Below, piece by piece: positions 10,020 through 25,000 of a stretch of DNA of 64,000 nt (position 1 is the first letter of the stretch; each line of letters begins with the position of its first letter). A model generated the notes under the pieces. It was not told where the DNA came from. It saw nothing but the letters and a program-made list of their open reading frames with translations, and ran no database searches. Position numbers and translations under genes: made by a program. Source of the stretch: Octopus sinensis (taxonomy: Eukaryota); NCBI RefSeq assembly GCF_006345805.1, contig NC_043005.1, positions 83,452,001 through 83,516,000 of the forward strand. The letters are read 5' to 3'.

Positions 10020-13000
10020 CTGCAACAAAAACAAAATAAAATGTTACAATGGCATAAAAAAAAAATGTACAAAAATACTGAGAATATTTAACTTCCTTGA
10101 AATAATTGAAAATGTGCTGGTGTGGCTGTATGAGTGGATTTGGTAGCCAGAAATTGGAAGTGGCTCATTACATATATGCATGGAAGATGGATGTTAGATG
10201 ATATACGAGGGGCGTTCAATAAGTAATGCCCCTGACCCACTTCCCATAGCAGTAGAGCAACGACACTTGGCATAGTTATTAGTCTTTTCCTACATAGGAA
10301 CTACCCAGAGTTATGCATTTCTCCCATCGTTTGATACAGCTCTGGAGACCGTTTTTGTAGAAGACCCCAGCTTGGTCCTCCAACCACGACGTGACTTCAG
10401 AAATCAAGGCTGCATCATCTGGGAAACACTTTCCTTTCAAAATCAACTTCATGGCTGGGAAGAGGTGAAAATCAGAGGGTGCAAGGGGAGGAGTTCATAA
10501 CCGCATGCCTGTGCTTCTGATCTGGCGACACGTGAGTTGTGGACCGGAGCGTTGTCCTGCAGGAGGAGGATACCTTTGCTGATCTTGCCCCGCTTCTCTT
10601 AATTTCCTCAAAAGTGAAGCATAATAGGCTCCTGTAATTGTGCTACCCTTTGCCGGGAAATCAGTCATCACTACTCCGTCCTGGTCCCAGAAGACTTTGA
10701 GCATAACCTTGTCAGCGGAGGGCTGCACTCTTGCCTTCTTTGGAGGAGGTGAGTCACGGTGCTTTGGTCTATGGATCATAGTGATGGACCCAGGTTTTAT
10801 CCTGTGTGATCAGTCTTTTGAAAAATTTTGACTCATCTTCTTGGCACATCTCCAAATTCATCCTCGAGCACTCAACGCGTTCTTGCTTCTGGAAAGGTAT
10901 GAGCAACCTGGAAATCCATCTGGCAGACACCTTTTGCATATGCAAATGGTCATGAATGATAGTTTCCACAGACCCGGTACTAATCTTGACCTTATGGGCT
11001 ATTTGGCGAATAGTTATGCGTTGACCTTCCAAAATGGCAGCCTCAACTTGACGGACAGACGTCTCATCAACGGCAGAAGGGGGCGACCAGATCTGGGAGC
11101 TGTTTCCACAGAGTTCCGACTATGTTTGAATTCACAATGCCAGCCTTTTACAAGGTCATATGATGGGGCATCATCACCATAAGTTACTTTCATTTCATCA
11201 AAAGTCTCCTGTGGTGTGCGTCCTTTCAAATACAAAAACCAGAACACTGCTCGACACTCAACAGGCTCCATTTCACACTTGACTCAGTTCAAAGACCTGT
11301 AGTTCAGAGCTGTAATTCGCCACTTAATCTATAGAGGTATAAATAAGTGCACATGCAAAATTTCAGCTAGATCAAACAACTGCAAGTGGGTCAGGGGCAT
11401 TACTTATTGAATGCCCCTCGTATATGGGGTTGGTGGGTTATTTCTGTCTTCTTGTTTTGACATTGATTGATAGTTGTAAATGAATGTCACCCTCATACAA
11501 GCAGTGTCTTTCGTTTTCTGTTCCATGAAAAACATGTCTGAACTTGAGCAAGCATTACCTTATTTGGAAACAGGTAACTGTTGACAACAAGAAGGGCATC
11601 TGAGCATGGAAAATCTGACTCAATACATTCTGTCCAGGTAAGCATGGAAAATTGAGCATTGAGAAGACCCGGCAGGACAAGTGAGGCCATAACATGCGGC
11701 TTTTACCTGGGATGTAGCCAGTCCACTTATGCATACCTTTTCTCCTTGGGACACAAAACTCTGCTTGCAAAGACCTGTTGAAGCAAGCGAAATCGATAAA
11801 AAAATGAATGGAAATTGTAGTTGTGATACCAGTGCTGGTGGCACGTAAAAAGATCCATCCGAATGTGGCCGTTGCCAGCGCTGCCTTGTCTGGCCTCCGT
11901 GGCACATAAAAAGCACCCACTACACTCACGAAGTGGTTGGCATTAGGAAGGGCATCCAGCTGTAGAAACACTGCCAGATCACACTGGAGCCTGGTGCAGC
12001 CTCCTGGCTTCCCAGACCCTGGTCGAACCGTCCAGCCCAAGCTAGCATGGAAAATGGATGTTAAATGATGATGATGATGATAGGAAAAAAAAGAAAAGGA
12101 CAAAAGTGAAACTTACTTCATTCTCTCGGCTCAGCATAAACTTCAGAACAACATGTTTCAGGTAAAGGAAGTTGACATCTTTCTCGTCGGCTTTAACTCG
12201 GAATGAATCAGTTGCATGAACTGGAAGATCGGAATGAGTGCGCATGTGGTTTAACTCAAGGCTTTTGGCATAAGCCTCGTGAGGCAGCTTATTAAGGCTA
12301 GAGGATATATTTACAGACTGTTCGAGATTGTTTTTTCTTTTGAGAGGAGGCGTGTTAGAGGAGTCCCGATTGTCTGGAGGTAGATTGTCATTTGGAAGCG
12401 CTTGGACTTTCAATTCTTTCTGTAGAGTTTTCCGTAGATCTATTAATTTTTGCTGTTGGCTCTTCAGTGTCTGCAGAAAAATAACCATTAAAAACATAGA
12501 ATTTGTGTGTGTGTATGTATATATATATATATTAGAGGGAAACCACTATGTTCCACTATGCTAGACCACTGGTGTAAAATCGATGTTAATTAAATTAAAT
12601 ATCTAATTTCTCACCCTCATTTTAAATATAAATTATATATAGATATATATATATATTTGAATGAATGAAAAAAGAACAAGAATCATTAGCTTACAGATGT
12701 TTCTGCTATAAGCAATACATTCTACATTCAGAGCTCAGTGCTTGTAGCTTCCTAAGAGCCATTTATACATATAATAGTTTCTAAAAAATAAAAAAAATTC
12801 CCTACACCACATAAGCCAATGACAGAGCCATTATATGGTCAACTGATCTGCTAAATCTCACAACATTTGCACAAAGTAATCAGAAAAAGGAAAAGGTAGT
12901 CATGGCTGGAATGCATTCCATAGTAAATTTACTACTTGTAGTTGTGGTGGCATTCATCCAGGCTGGGTTGAGCTGGCTCCAACCAATGAGTTCACCATGT

Positions 13001-16000
13001 CTCTCACAAATGCTGACAGCATCCAACATTAATGTTTCAGCCAGTAGCCCAAAAATCCAGCTTCAAAATTTGACAAATTCCCCAATGGGAGAGCAAGCAC
13101 ATTGGGAAGCATGGATGCTGTAGCCAGAGTCATCATTTACTTAGTGGGAGAATGTGTCATGAGTCATTGCCAAAAATCACCGTGGCAGGAAGTGTGGAGA
13201 GCAAGAGGCTCTCGAAGACATTTGTGGATTAACAACATCAAAGAATAGACTGGAAACAAGAATTTGGCTGATTGTATGCATGCAGCACAATACAGAGGGA
13301 ACTGGAGAATCATAGCAAATGACACATTTAAGACACCTGGTTAGGTGAATGGGGGCAGGTCAGAGGAGCATCCATGACCCTCTGAAACCAAGAGCAAGGA
13401 AGTTATCATCAGATCTGGCTTGAATGCTTGCAATAAAGCAGGCTCTGCTAATGATACCCAAAGACCAGGTGGTAAAGCTGAAACATGTGTCAGATTAATT
13501 ATATCACTGTAAAATAGGAACAAATGAGAAGATCAAAAGCAAACTTGACCTCATTCTGAATTTGAATTCTTCTAGCTAACATTAGACATTTGGTTCACTT
13601 AGGTCTTACCAATGTGTTCCTGATTGTTAAAATACAGCCATACATTATAAAAGTTATTCAGTAGTGGAAGGAGAGATTAATGCAGTTTGATACCCGGCCT
13701 AAACATCTACAGGAAATAAACAGGGATTGGGGAAAAAAGCAAGAAAGAATTGGGGCTCTAATCAAATGCCTGCTAAATTTTGTTAAAATCAATTTCCTTA
13801 TTGATTAGTCGATGTAAAACCAGGAAATCTGTTGTCGAGCCAACTGTTTCATAACAACAACAGCTTTCATTCCTTCCCAACACACCATTCTCACAACTAT
13901 AGCAATTTTTTGGAGCTAATTAACAAAATATTTACATAGATTTAGTTATTCCTCTCTTTATAATCAACTGCCTCAACCCCCAACACTTATGTCACTGGCC
14001 TCAAAAAAAGTGGAGTTTGATGGGATTTGAACTCAGAACATAACCAAATACCACAAGCTACAGATTTTGCCATCCACCAGTTGAGCAAACTTTTAAAACT
14101 GCATGGCTATTTTTGTGCCCTTAAAAAGATATTTCACTTTACATTGGTTCTGAAAAACACAGTCAAAGTCACCATTATTTCTATGGCTCCACCTTAATCA
14201 ATCAAACCCCTCCCCACTCCTTCTTTGAAAATGTAAGTAACTACATGATCCCTCTACAGAAAATCTGCTCTGCTCTGGCCCCTCATACTTTAACTCCTTC
14301 TCTCATAGCATGAAGTTGCTTTTCTTGAAGTTTATAGTCTTGCAAGATTCAAGGTGACCTCATTGGTGCTGCTGCCATGTAAACAGCACTCTTTAAAGTG
14401 GTTAGAATTAGGAAGGGCATCCAGTTATAGAAACCAAGCTAAAAAGACCCCTATCAAACCATTCAACTCCTATGTCAGTATGAAACAGGGACATTAAATG
14501 ATCTTGTAATTATACTGGATTACTAATAATAAGAACAAGCCACCTTGCCAGTTGTTAGACTTGCTATAACAAGCAACCAAATCTCCCTCAAATCACACTC
14601 CTATTTTAGAATAACACAAAAAAAATTGCATAATATAGACTGAGGTACACAACTGGAAACAAACAAAGAACTGGTTTGATGAGGTCAATGACAACAGAAG
14701 CGACGAAATTTACTGAAAGGAAAGGAAAAACACAAACTCACCTTATTTTTATCATTAAGTGTTTCTTCTAATTGGCGTAAATTATTTCTTGTTAAGATGA
14801 GTTCACTTGAAAGCTCAGCACCATCTTGTATCTGTGCTTCCAGTTTAGCAATCTGGGTAAGAATAAAATGCAAAATTAGGTGAAGTTAGAATTCCTCATA
14901 ATTTGGTATTGTAGTAGTTTTAGTGTAAGTGTGGCTGTAGTCCACTTCCCAAGCACATGGTTTCAGGTTCAGTCTCTCTGCATGGCATCTTCTATATATA
15001 GCCCCAAGCCAATCAAAGCTTTGAGAGTGGATTTATAGACAATCTAAAAGAAGTTCTCTGTGTGTGTGTGTATTTCTTTTCTGGAATTGGTTCTCAAAGT
15101 ACATACAGGGGATGTGGACTCAAGTCCAACAAACACCCTTCAACTTGTTCTATCCAAAAGGGTTCTTCAACTCAATATTTCCATGCTATTATTTATAGCT
15201 TTATGTGCGCTTGAAGAACTAATTGCAAAAAAGATATTCCAGGTTCTCTCAAAAGTTTGTAAATTTTTATGATATCAACAACGCACACAAGTAAATACAT
15301 GTGCATGTGTAAGTCACACTAGTTTGTATTTGATTTTAAATGAAAAAACTGGGGTGGAACTTAGGAGTAAATACAATGTGTGTGTGCATGCTTTTAAGTC
15401 CTTGACTTAACATCATCTGATAGATGTAAATGAGTGTTACTTGCATTGAGGCAGTCATTTGTTTCCAGTATTGTGAAAATCAGTCAGGCCATGGGGAAAT
15501 ATCATCTTGTTTGGAAACAAGTGAGGGTTGGTGATTAAAAGGGCATTCAGTCAAAGAAATTCTGCCTCATTCTAACTAGTCCAAAGCATGTAAGCATGGA
15601 AAAGTGAACATTGAAATAATGACATGGCAATCTTTAGATTTTTAGCATAAAATCTTTAATTTATTTAAAAGAAAAAAAAAAGAGATGAGTAAAATAAATA
15701 GTTCCATGATTTAAATCATAAAAAAATTAGGAGTACAATCGTTGCACAAGGTGGACTAAATGTCACAACCCTTAGCAGCTAAATCAAGTGGCTTCAAGGT
15801 GTTGCACCAACTTCATTTTCATGACTTTTGGCCAACCCTAATAGTTTCTCCACTTAAAGATAATTAACAGAATTTCAGTCAATCATTGCTGTGAAGGTAC
15901 CTGGCCTCATGATTAGGGTGAAGGCAACATGGCCTAGTGGTTAGGGTGCTGTACTCAGGATTGCCAACCATAATTTCTATTTTTGGACCAGGCAGCATGT

Positions 16001-19000
16001 TGTATTTCTTGAGCAAAACACTTCATTTCATGTTGCTCTAGTGCTGTGTGGGAACCAGTGTTTCAAAAAGAGGGTGAGGTAGGATTTGCATTCAAACCTC
16101 GTAAAACTCTCACCAGTAATGACTACCCAAACAAACCCATAGGTTGGAAGGTTGTGTCCAAGTGGTGCAAAGGTGCCATCCCCTAGGAGTAGAGAACCAG
16201 TAACAAATGGGCAGATGCTGCAATGCTACAGACTCAGAAACAGGTACATTGTTGTAATTTACTTAACTCCAGATCATCCAGGATCATTGGCATTCATTTT
16301 ATAAGGTTAAGGAACATATTCTTTTAATCATTTATTGATTTCAATCATTGGACTGTGGCCATTCTGGAGTACTGGATTCAAGGGTCGATTTTGGCACTTA
16401 TTCTATCATTTCCCAAAAGGATGAAAGGGCAAAAGCATTGGGAGCAAATACAACTGAATATCTCCTTGAAGACAGTAATCCCTACATGGCATCAGTCTAA
16501 TAAACCAGAAAAAGAAACTGTATATTAGATGGTGGTGGTAGTCGTTTGATGAAGAGGGTTTAGTTGTTTGATGTACTGAATTAACCTGAAAGTGGCTGAG
16601 TATTCCACAGACATGTACTCGTAATGTAATTCTCAGACAAAACCAATGTGATACAGCATATGACGAAGCTGTACTTTTTGAAATACATGTACAAGCCACC
16701 CAGTGAGCTCCTATACAGCTCCTGTCGCCCAATTTCATTCACATGTTTAGGTGATCAACCTACAACTATGGAGAATGTCTTGCTCAAGATGCCATGCAAG
16801 GAGATTGTACGTGGGGCCCTTACAGTTGCATAATGAACCTGACCATTCAGCCATGTGCTTATGTTCACTGTTGTTATTTTTTCACCTTAAGTCAGGCGGG
16901 GGAGGGGAGGGAGACAGAATATCAAGTTGTTCTATCCATGACCATCTTAATTTATTTTGTATTTTTCTGAAACAAAGTACATCAGACTATATATCATCCA
17001 ATATGTCCTTTGACGTGGTAATGTGCATGTCTACATCAGTGTACATGTATGCCTCCATGTATGTGGGATCTGAGGGAGTTTTGCTGCTACTTCTAGCAAA
17101 TCAACCTTGCATAGAAGCCCACTTGTTGCTTATATACAGAATGACCTAAAGGTAAAGAAGTCTTTTGATCCTAAAAGACTGCTTGTTTAGTAAAGGCTGA
17201 CCTGAAGCTAAACACCAGCAGCAGTAGCAATGTGTAACCTTGCAGCAATATAAAACAAAACAGGGCATTATACTGGTCCCTACCTGTTTTCTGTACTGGT
17301 CCAGTGTCACCTCATTGTCTTCCACCTCTTTCTTTAGTGCAGTATAAATTTCAGATTTCTCTTTCAACACTTGCTCATACTCCATTTTCTCAACTTGCTG
17401 ACTCTGTTGTAATGACTGCAGTTGTTGAAATAGTTCTGCATTACGTAAAAGTAATCTATCTTTCTCTACAAAATAAAAAAAATAATTAATTAATTGATAT
17501 TTGCCGATGATAAGAAGAACATTACAAACAACAAATTTCATCATCATTGTTTTAATGTCCTCTTCCTTACTTGCATGGGTCAGACAGAGTTTACTGAGGA
17601 AGATTTTCTACAATCAGATGCCCTTCCTATTCACTAACCCTCACCTGGATCCAAGCGAAGTAATACTTCCCCCAAAGCCAAACATGATTTCACAAAATCT
17701 CGCCTGGCACGTAAAAGCACCCACTACACTCTCAGAGTGGTTGGCGTTAGGAAGGGCATCCAGCTGTAGAAACACAGTCAGATCAGACTGGAGCCTGGTG
17801 CAGCCTCCTGGCTTCCCAGACCCCGGTTGAACTGTCCAACCCACGCTAGCACGGAAAATGGATGTTAAACGATGATGATGATACTGCTTGAAAACAGTGA
17901 CACTCATTTACAAGGACAAAGAGAGAATACTTGTGCTGAAATTAAAAACAAAAAAATTTGATTTTAATTCACTAATAAGCTCTGAGAACTGCAGTCAACT
18001 ATTTTAATGGGATCCATAGTTTAGTGGTTGTTTTTAAAACATTTCATCATCTGGCTCTGTATACAATGAATTTTCTCAAGAGGAAATGACCTGAATAACA
18101 TGTAATGGTGACAGGAGGGACATCTGGCTGTAAAAAAAATCTACCACAGTGAATTCCGTCTGACCTCGTACATGCATAGAAATATGATGTTATAATGATG
18201 ATAAACAATATCAACAACCACAAGAAGCAGCCAACAAAATAGCTATAATGTAGTGTTCGAATTGTTAGAAATGGCAGTTAAATATCCCTCAAACAGCCAG
18301 ATAAAAAGAAGATGAAAAAAGGAGAGAGAGAGAGAAACAAAGTTCTAGATTAAATCAGATAAAGTATGATGGTATAAGACACTGACTAAAAGCCAAAAAA
18401 CAGGATGTTCATGGCTAGAATGTTTGATCAGAAGTTTAACTATGAGAAAAGAAGGGTTCAGCTAGTGCATTAATCCAGAGGGCAAAGATCCAAGAAAGGG
18501 CCCCATGAAATGCTGATGAGAGTAGGGAAGAAAAGACTACACCTACCCAGAGAGGTGACCTCAAAGCAACCTCATTCTACCTTGTAAAATTTCTGTGCCC
18601 CTGCCTGTGTGATATTACTAACCAATTATTTTTGGTCTGGCAACCATATCTAAGATATTCATGTTCTCCAAACATTTAGGAATTGTAAAAAACGGAAAAC
18701 AATCAACAGCAACTTTTGATGAGAATATTTGTCAATCCAGGGATTAACCATTTTGTTGATGCAAATACCAAGGGTCCATCAATACAAGAGCCAGAAGATA
18801 AGTTCCAGTTTCTGTAGGTGTCAACTGGACAAAATACAATAATTCTTCCTGGATATGTAAATCTAAGTACACATGACTTGTCAGTATCTAAAAGACATCA
18901 CAGTCACAGTCCCATAAAAAGAAAACATCTATCATAAAGAAATTGGTTATAGTAGAGAACCAGTCAACATTTCACCCACATTCCTTGTGAGAATATATAT

Positions 19001-22000
19001 TCAAGGCATATTGTTCTTTACTTCTCTATGGCATCATTACTCCTTCTTCCTTAAAAGAAAGGCTATGATGCCATGTAAGGACTCTGCTGTTGGTTTTTGA
19101 AATTGAAAATTAAATATATATCCTCAGCCATCTCCATTTAAGGAATTAGCATTTCCTCAGTGCAGCCCCACCCCTCTAATGACCTCAGTAAAGAGTCGAT
19201 TATTATCATTATTATTGTTGCTTGTATTATTATCGTTTCATTTCCAACCCATGCTAGCATGGAAAACGGATGCTAAACGATGATGATATAGCTATTATAA
19301 GGTAAGTGAGCTGGCAGAACTACCAGCATACTAGACAAAAACTTAGCAACATTTTGTCCATCTTTACAGCCCAAAGGGTGGCATTTTACAAAAAATGTAG
19401 TTCCTTAATACTTACCTTCTGTACAAAACTGGAGATCTGCCTTAGTTTTTGATGCTTCTATATTCACAGCCTGCAATTCCTCTAAAGCTGCATCGAGTTG
19501 TTTTTCCACAGCTTCTAGCTGAAAATGCCAGACACAAAGAAAATAAAATACAGAATCAATAACAAATTAAAATAGTCATATTTAAGAAGGGTAAGGAATC
19601 GTTGGTTAGTCTGAGGTAAGCCTTACTTGGGACTACGTGACAATAGTCATTTTTATTGAATGGAAACACCACAATGAAAATGTTCACACACTGTCTGTCA
19701 AGTACATCATCATTAATGTAACATACACTTTTTCATACTGGCATGGACTAGACAGAATTCATTGAGGCAAATTTTCTATTGCTGGGTCTCTTTCCTGTTG
19801 CCAACTCTCTCCTGTTCCTAAACAAGAGAATATTTCCTTGTGGTCAGATTTTTTTTTTTGTGGAAGAATAGAAACAAACATTGCTGGTTTACAGCCACCA
19901 TGTGATGTCAAGAGTCAAAGGAGGGGTGCACACAAACACACACACAATAAGCTTCATTGTTTCATAATCATCATTTAATGTCCATTTTCCATGCTGGCAT
20001 GGGTTGGACAGGTTAACGGGAGGTGAGAAGCCAGAACGCTGCACCAGACTCCAATTGTCAGTTCTGACATGGTCTTTTTATGACTGGATGCCCTTCCTAA
20101 TGCCAACCATTTTACAGAGTGGGTGCTCTCTACTTGTCGCTCACCAGCACCATCTACCAAATCCTTCACAAGGCTTTGGTTGGCTCAGGGCTACAGAAAA
20201 CAACACTTGTCCAAGTTGCTATACCATGAAACACCACACAATCAGGCTACTTGCCAACTACACTCACAAAAATGACTGAAGGTGTTATAATATCACCATA
20301 AGAAATCATAAGGCAGAAATTTCAAGTACAATTTTTTTTTTTAATTTTAGAAATGAAAGGACACTGCCCATGACATTTATACAAAGTCATGTTTCTGAGA
20401 CTGGAGCAGAGAAAGGTTGGGGAGGAACCACAACTCTTGTGTTTTCCTCAGATAAGAAGAGGTCTGGTCTTTATTATTTCTCAGCCAGTGTGCCTTTCCC
20501 TTTTCAAAGATAAAATAACAAGAGTGTATTTGGCTTCTATTTCTAGAAAGAGAGGTTACCTTGCTGGCTCGTGCAGAGACTTCCTCTACTGGTAATAAAG
20601 ACTTAGGTAAAGTTAATGAGTGCAGAGCTTAGCATGATTTAATCAATGATGTATTGGGATTTATTTGAATATTAATCACACAAAGAGACTATCAGGTAGA
20701 AACTCATTTAGCATAATTAACGAAGCCATAACCTACCTTCGTTTCCACATTCTCTAGTTTACTTGTCTTCTCCTGAAGTTCACTTAATACAGCAGAATAT
20801 TCGTTCTCTTGAGAAATTAGTTTATTCTGGAAGAGACAGGAAGAAAATAGATATTTATTGCAACATAATGGAAAGGAAAGAAGGTGAACAATTTTGTAAT
20901 ATTTAAACTGCTTTTCATTTTTACTTGCAGCGTTTGGTGAAAGAGAAAGTGGCCATGATCCTTGCAGGCCATCCAAGACTAGTAAGGTTGATACGATTAA
21001 CGTATTGCAGGTCAACACTTGTAAGAAAGCCATAAACAGGGAGAAGATTCCAAAGGGACAATGATTTGGGGAGCAAGGACTGGGAGAAAGCAGTTGGTGC
21101 AGGACAAGTGGGGGAACTGAATACAACAATGGGGATGAAATGTGGAAAGGCAGATGGATCAGAGTGCCTGTTGAGAGTGGTGGAGGTATGAGACCAGTCA
21201 ACTCTGAGGGACAGGGGCCATTATAGTAGTGATGGAAAAGACAAAAAGGGGACAGTACACTTGTGAGCCAGAGGCTGGAGTGTGTATTAATGATTCAAAA
21301 GGTTTTTTTATTTTAGTTAGTATACAAGAAGTTTTTATTTACAGTGCAATTATAATAAATATCACCACACATTCCTTTTCTGAGATAACAATCTTTTCAC
21401 TCTCTACTAATCAATGTGTACAAAATTTTTATGCTGCACAGTTTTTTTTTCCATGTGACAAAAGTATGTGCACAGTGAATGCAATCATTCTTTTATTTGT
21501 TTCAGTTATTAAATTGTGGTCATGCTGGAGCACTGGTTTGAAGAATTTAGTTGAACAAATCAATCCTGATATTTTTTTCTTTTTAATCTGGTATTTATTT
21601 CATTGATCTCATTTTGCTGAACCATCAAGTTAGAGAGATGCAAACAAACTAAAACTAGCTCTCAAGCAATGGGAGACAAAAACACAGATATGCACATGGG
21701 CTTCCAACAAATTCACTAACAAGGCACTGGTTAGCCTAAGACTACAATAGACAACACTTTCAGAAGGTGCTGCACAGTAATAACACTAAATTATATTTTA
21801 CCTGTATTTCGTTTCTTTCTTCTTCTAAAGATTGAATTTTCCTTTCTAAAAGCAGTTGTTTTGCACTCAATTCCTCTTCATTTTCTTCCATTTGAGCCTT
21901 AAATAAAGAAGAATTTATAGAAACAAAATAATCCAACTTTAAAACACGTTTGTTGATGCTGAACATTTTATAATCAACAAATTTAATACCCACATAAACA

Positions 22001-25000
22001 TCAGTTCAGATCATTAAATAATGATTGTTAAAGATTCCAGATTGGCCATGATTAAGCAGAGCTTTGATCAATATGCATTCCAGTCATGACTCACCCATTT
22101 ATATCACTTTCCAACTACACTGACACCTCTATTCTAAAATGTGAGTAGCTATGTTGGTCCTCTACAGCAAATAACTTGTTCTACTCCAGCCCTTTCTTAC
22201 ATAGCTTTACCCCTCTCTACTCTTTATTCCACCATAAAGTTCTCCTGACCCATGATCTAGTCTAGCAAGCTGCATTGACAAGAAAAATAAAAGCACCCAG
22301 TACACGCTGTAAAGTAGTTGGCATTAGGAAGGGCAGCCAGCAGTAGAAACCATTCAAACAGATACACAAGCATAATACATCATTGTTTAGCGTCCGTTTT
22401 CCATGCTAGCATGGGTTGGATGGTTCGACTGGGGTCTGGGAAGCCAGAAGGCTGCACCAGGCCCAGTCTGATCTGGCAATGTTTCTATGGTTGGATGCCC
22501 TTACTAACGCCAACCACTTCGAGAGTGTAGTGGGTGCTTTTTACGTACCACTGGCACAGGTATCAGCCGAGGCCGGCAAACGTCCACGATCGGATGGTGC
22601 TTTTTAACCCATGCCAGCGTGGAATAATGCATGTTAAATGATGATAATGATGAGCATCACCATCATACAGTGTTGTTAACAGGAAGGGCATCCCTATCTG
22701 AACAGGTTCCGTGTGAGCCATGCAAGGATGAAATAGCGAAGGTTAAGTGATGATGAAGATGACATCCAGAGAGAGGTGGAGGGAATGCTGAGCTATAGCT
22801 TGGAAATGGTGTTAAGATGGAAGATGAGAAAATATTTTGTTACTTAGACATCACACTATATGGAGAAGGTGGATTGGAGTGGGGGACAGTAGCTGGAGTG
22901 ACATGCACATGGTAGAAGAGTCAGGAACTGAGTAGCAATATAAAGAGGTGTGTTGCTCAAACTGTAAGGCAAGGTATATGTATTAGATGTATGAAAAGTT
23001 CTCTGATTTCTGGAGGTAAAAGTTTGGTAATGAATGTGGAGGAACAGAAAATGCTAGAAAGAACCAAAGGGAAAAGGATTTGTTGACTGGACAGAGTATC
23101 ACAGAAAGGGAGAAATACAAGGAATTGCAGCTGTAAGGTCAACTGTGTTTATGATTCATTGTTAATGGTGACCCCCGTAGCTGTTTACTTTTGTTTTTAA
23201 TTTAAAAAAACAAAAGGAAAACGATTCTGCGATGAACACAGCACTTCATCTTGTAAGCGAGCAAGGCCTTGACTCTTTGCAGTTGAGGAAATCACTGATG
23301 ATATTTATCTTTTGGATGATGTGTTTACACTTACATCAGCAATGAGGATGATCTGGACAACTAAACTGGTGAAAGTGATGAGGAAAGTAGCAATTTGGGT
23401 GAACAAATATGGTAGCTGAGTGATAGGCTTATTATTGTTATTCACCTGAATTTATTTCAGCGGTTGGATCCCTTTCATTCACTTAATATCACTCACATGT
23501 AACATGCTATAGACTGACGATATTGAGTTCTTAACCCTCTCAAGCCCGCAGCTCCTGTGGAGGTAAACTTTTGGTAATGAATGTGGAGGAACAGAAAATG
23601 CTAGTATGCACCAAAATGAAAAGGATTTATTGACTGAGCAGAGTATCACAGAAAGGGAGAAAGACAGCCCATTCAAAGTACCTTGGATTGCAGAATGACC
23701 TGCTGCGCTTGAGGAGACTTATTGAGTCAAGTACATCAACATCAAAATAAATATCAAATGGAAATTGTAGTTGTGTTACCTGTGCCGGTGGCACGTTAAA
23801 AGCACCAACCAAACGTGGCCACTGCCAGTCGCACGTAAAAAGCACCCACTACACTCATGGAGTGGTTGGCGTTAGGAAGGGCATCCAGCCGTAGAAACAC
23901 TGCCAGATCAGACTGGAGCCTGGTGCAGCCTCCTGGCTTCCCAGACCCTGGTTGAACCGTCCAACCCATGCTAGCATGGAAAACGGACGTTAAACGATGA
24001 TGATGATGATTCTGTGCATTAGTTTGCCTACAAGTGATACTCTTGAGCTGTATATGCAACAGGAGCCTAGGTGGAGGGTGAAGTTAGACACGGGCTCCAG
24101 GTTTGAGAGGGTTAAGAACTCAATATCGTCAGTCTATAGCAAGTTACATGTGAGTGATATTAAGTGAATGAAGGGGATCCAACTGCTAAAATTATTGCTC
24201 CAATAAACTACTATACTTGTAAAAGTGTGAAAAGTGGAGGTGATGTCATATCTATTTAAGTTTGTATAAACACCTTCATGGGCATGCATGTGTATATGGC
24301 AACGGATCTCCTTTGTTCAACAATGAGGATTGTTTAACCAATGAAACAACCTGTTCTTGAATTAAGACACGAGCGACTGAGCATTCCTCAGGCACGTGCA
24401 TGGTTATGTCATATCAAGCAGAATCAATGTGACACCATGCATGATAGAGCTGTATGAGCCTTTTGAATTTGAAGTACAATCCACCCAGTTAGCTTCTATA
24501 CACTTTCTATCTACTTAAGTTCGCTCACAAAATAAGTGTCAACTTGCAGCACATGACATTTACTCAAGATGCCACACGGCAGGAATTAACCTGAGACCTT
24601 GTGATTGCAAAGTGGGGGTTCATAGTTTGATGGCATGAAACGGTATTCAACAGTTGTACTCAACTGAGAGGGAGAAAGGTGGGTTTATACAATGTGTTGA
24701 GGAGGTTAAAATATGATAAAAGGCAGAGGAATAGGCTTGTTGCTGTAGAAGAGATTCATGACTATCCCGCATTATATATGGGTGAACAGGAGTGAAGAAG
24801 ACATATATATAATCATCATCATTGTTTAACCTCCACCTCCCATGTTGGCATGGGTGGGATGGTTTGACAGAAGCTGGCCAGGTAGAAGCCTACACTTGAC
24901 TTCTGTCTGTCTTGGCAGGGTTTTTACAGCTGGATGCCCTTCCTAACACCAACAATCCCACAGAGTGGACAGTGCTTTTTACACTTGCCACCTATCTATC

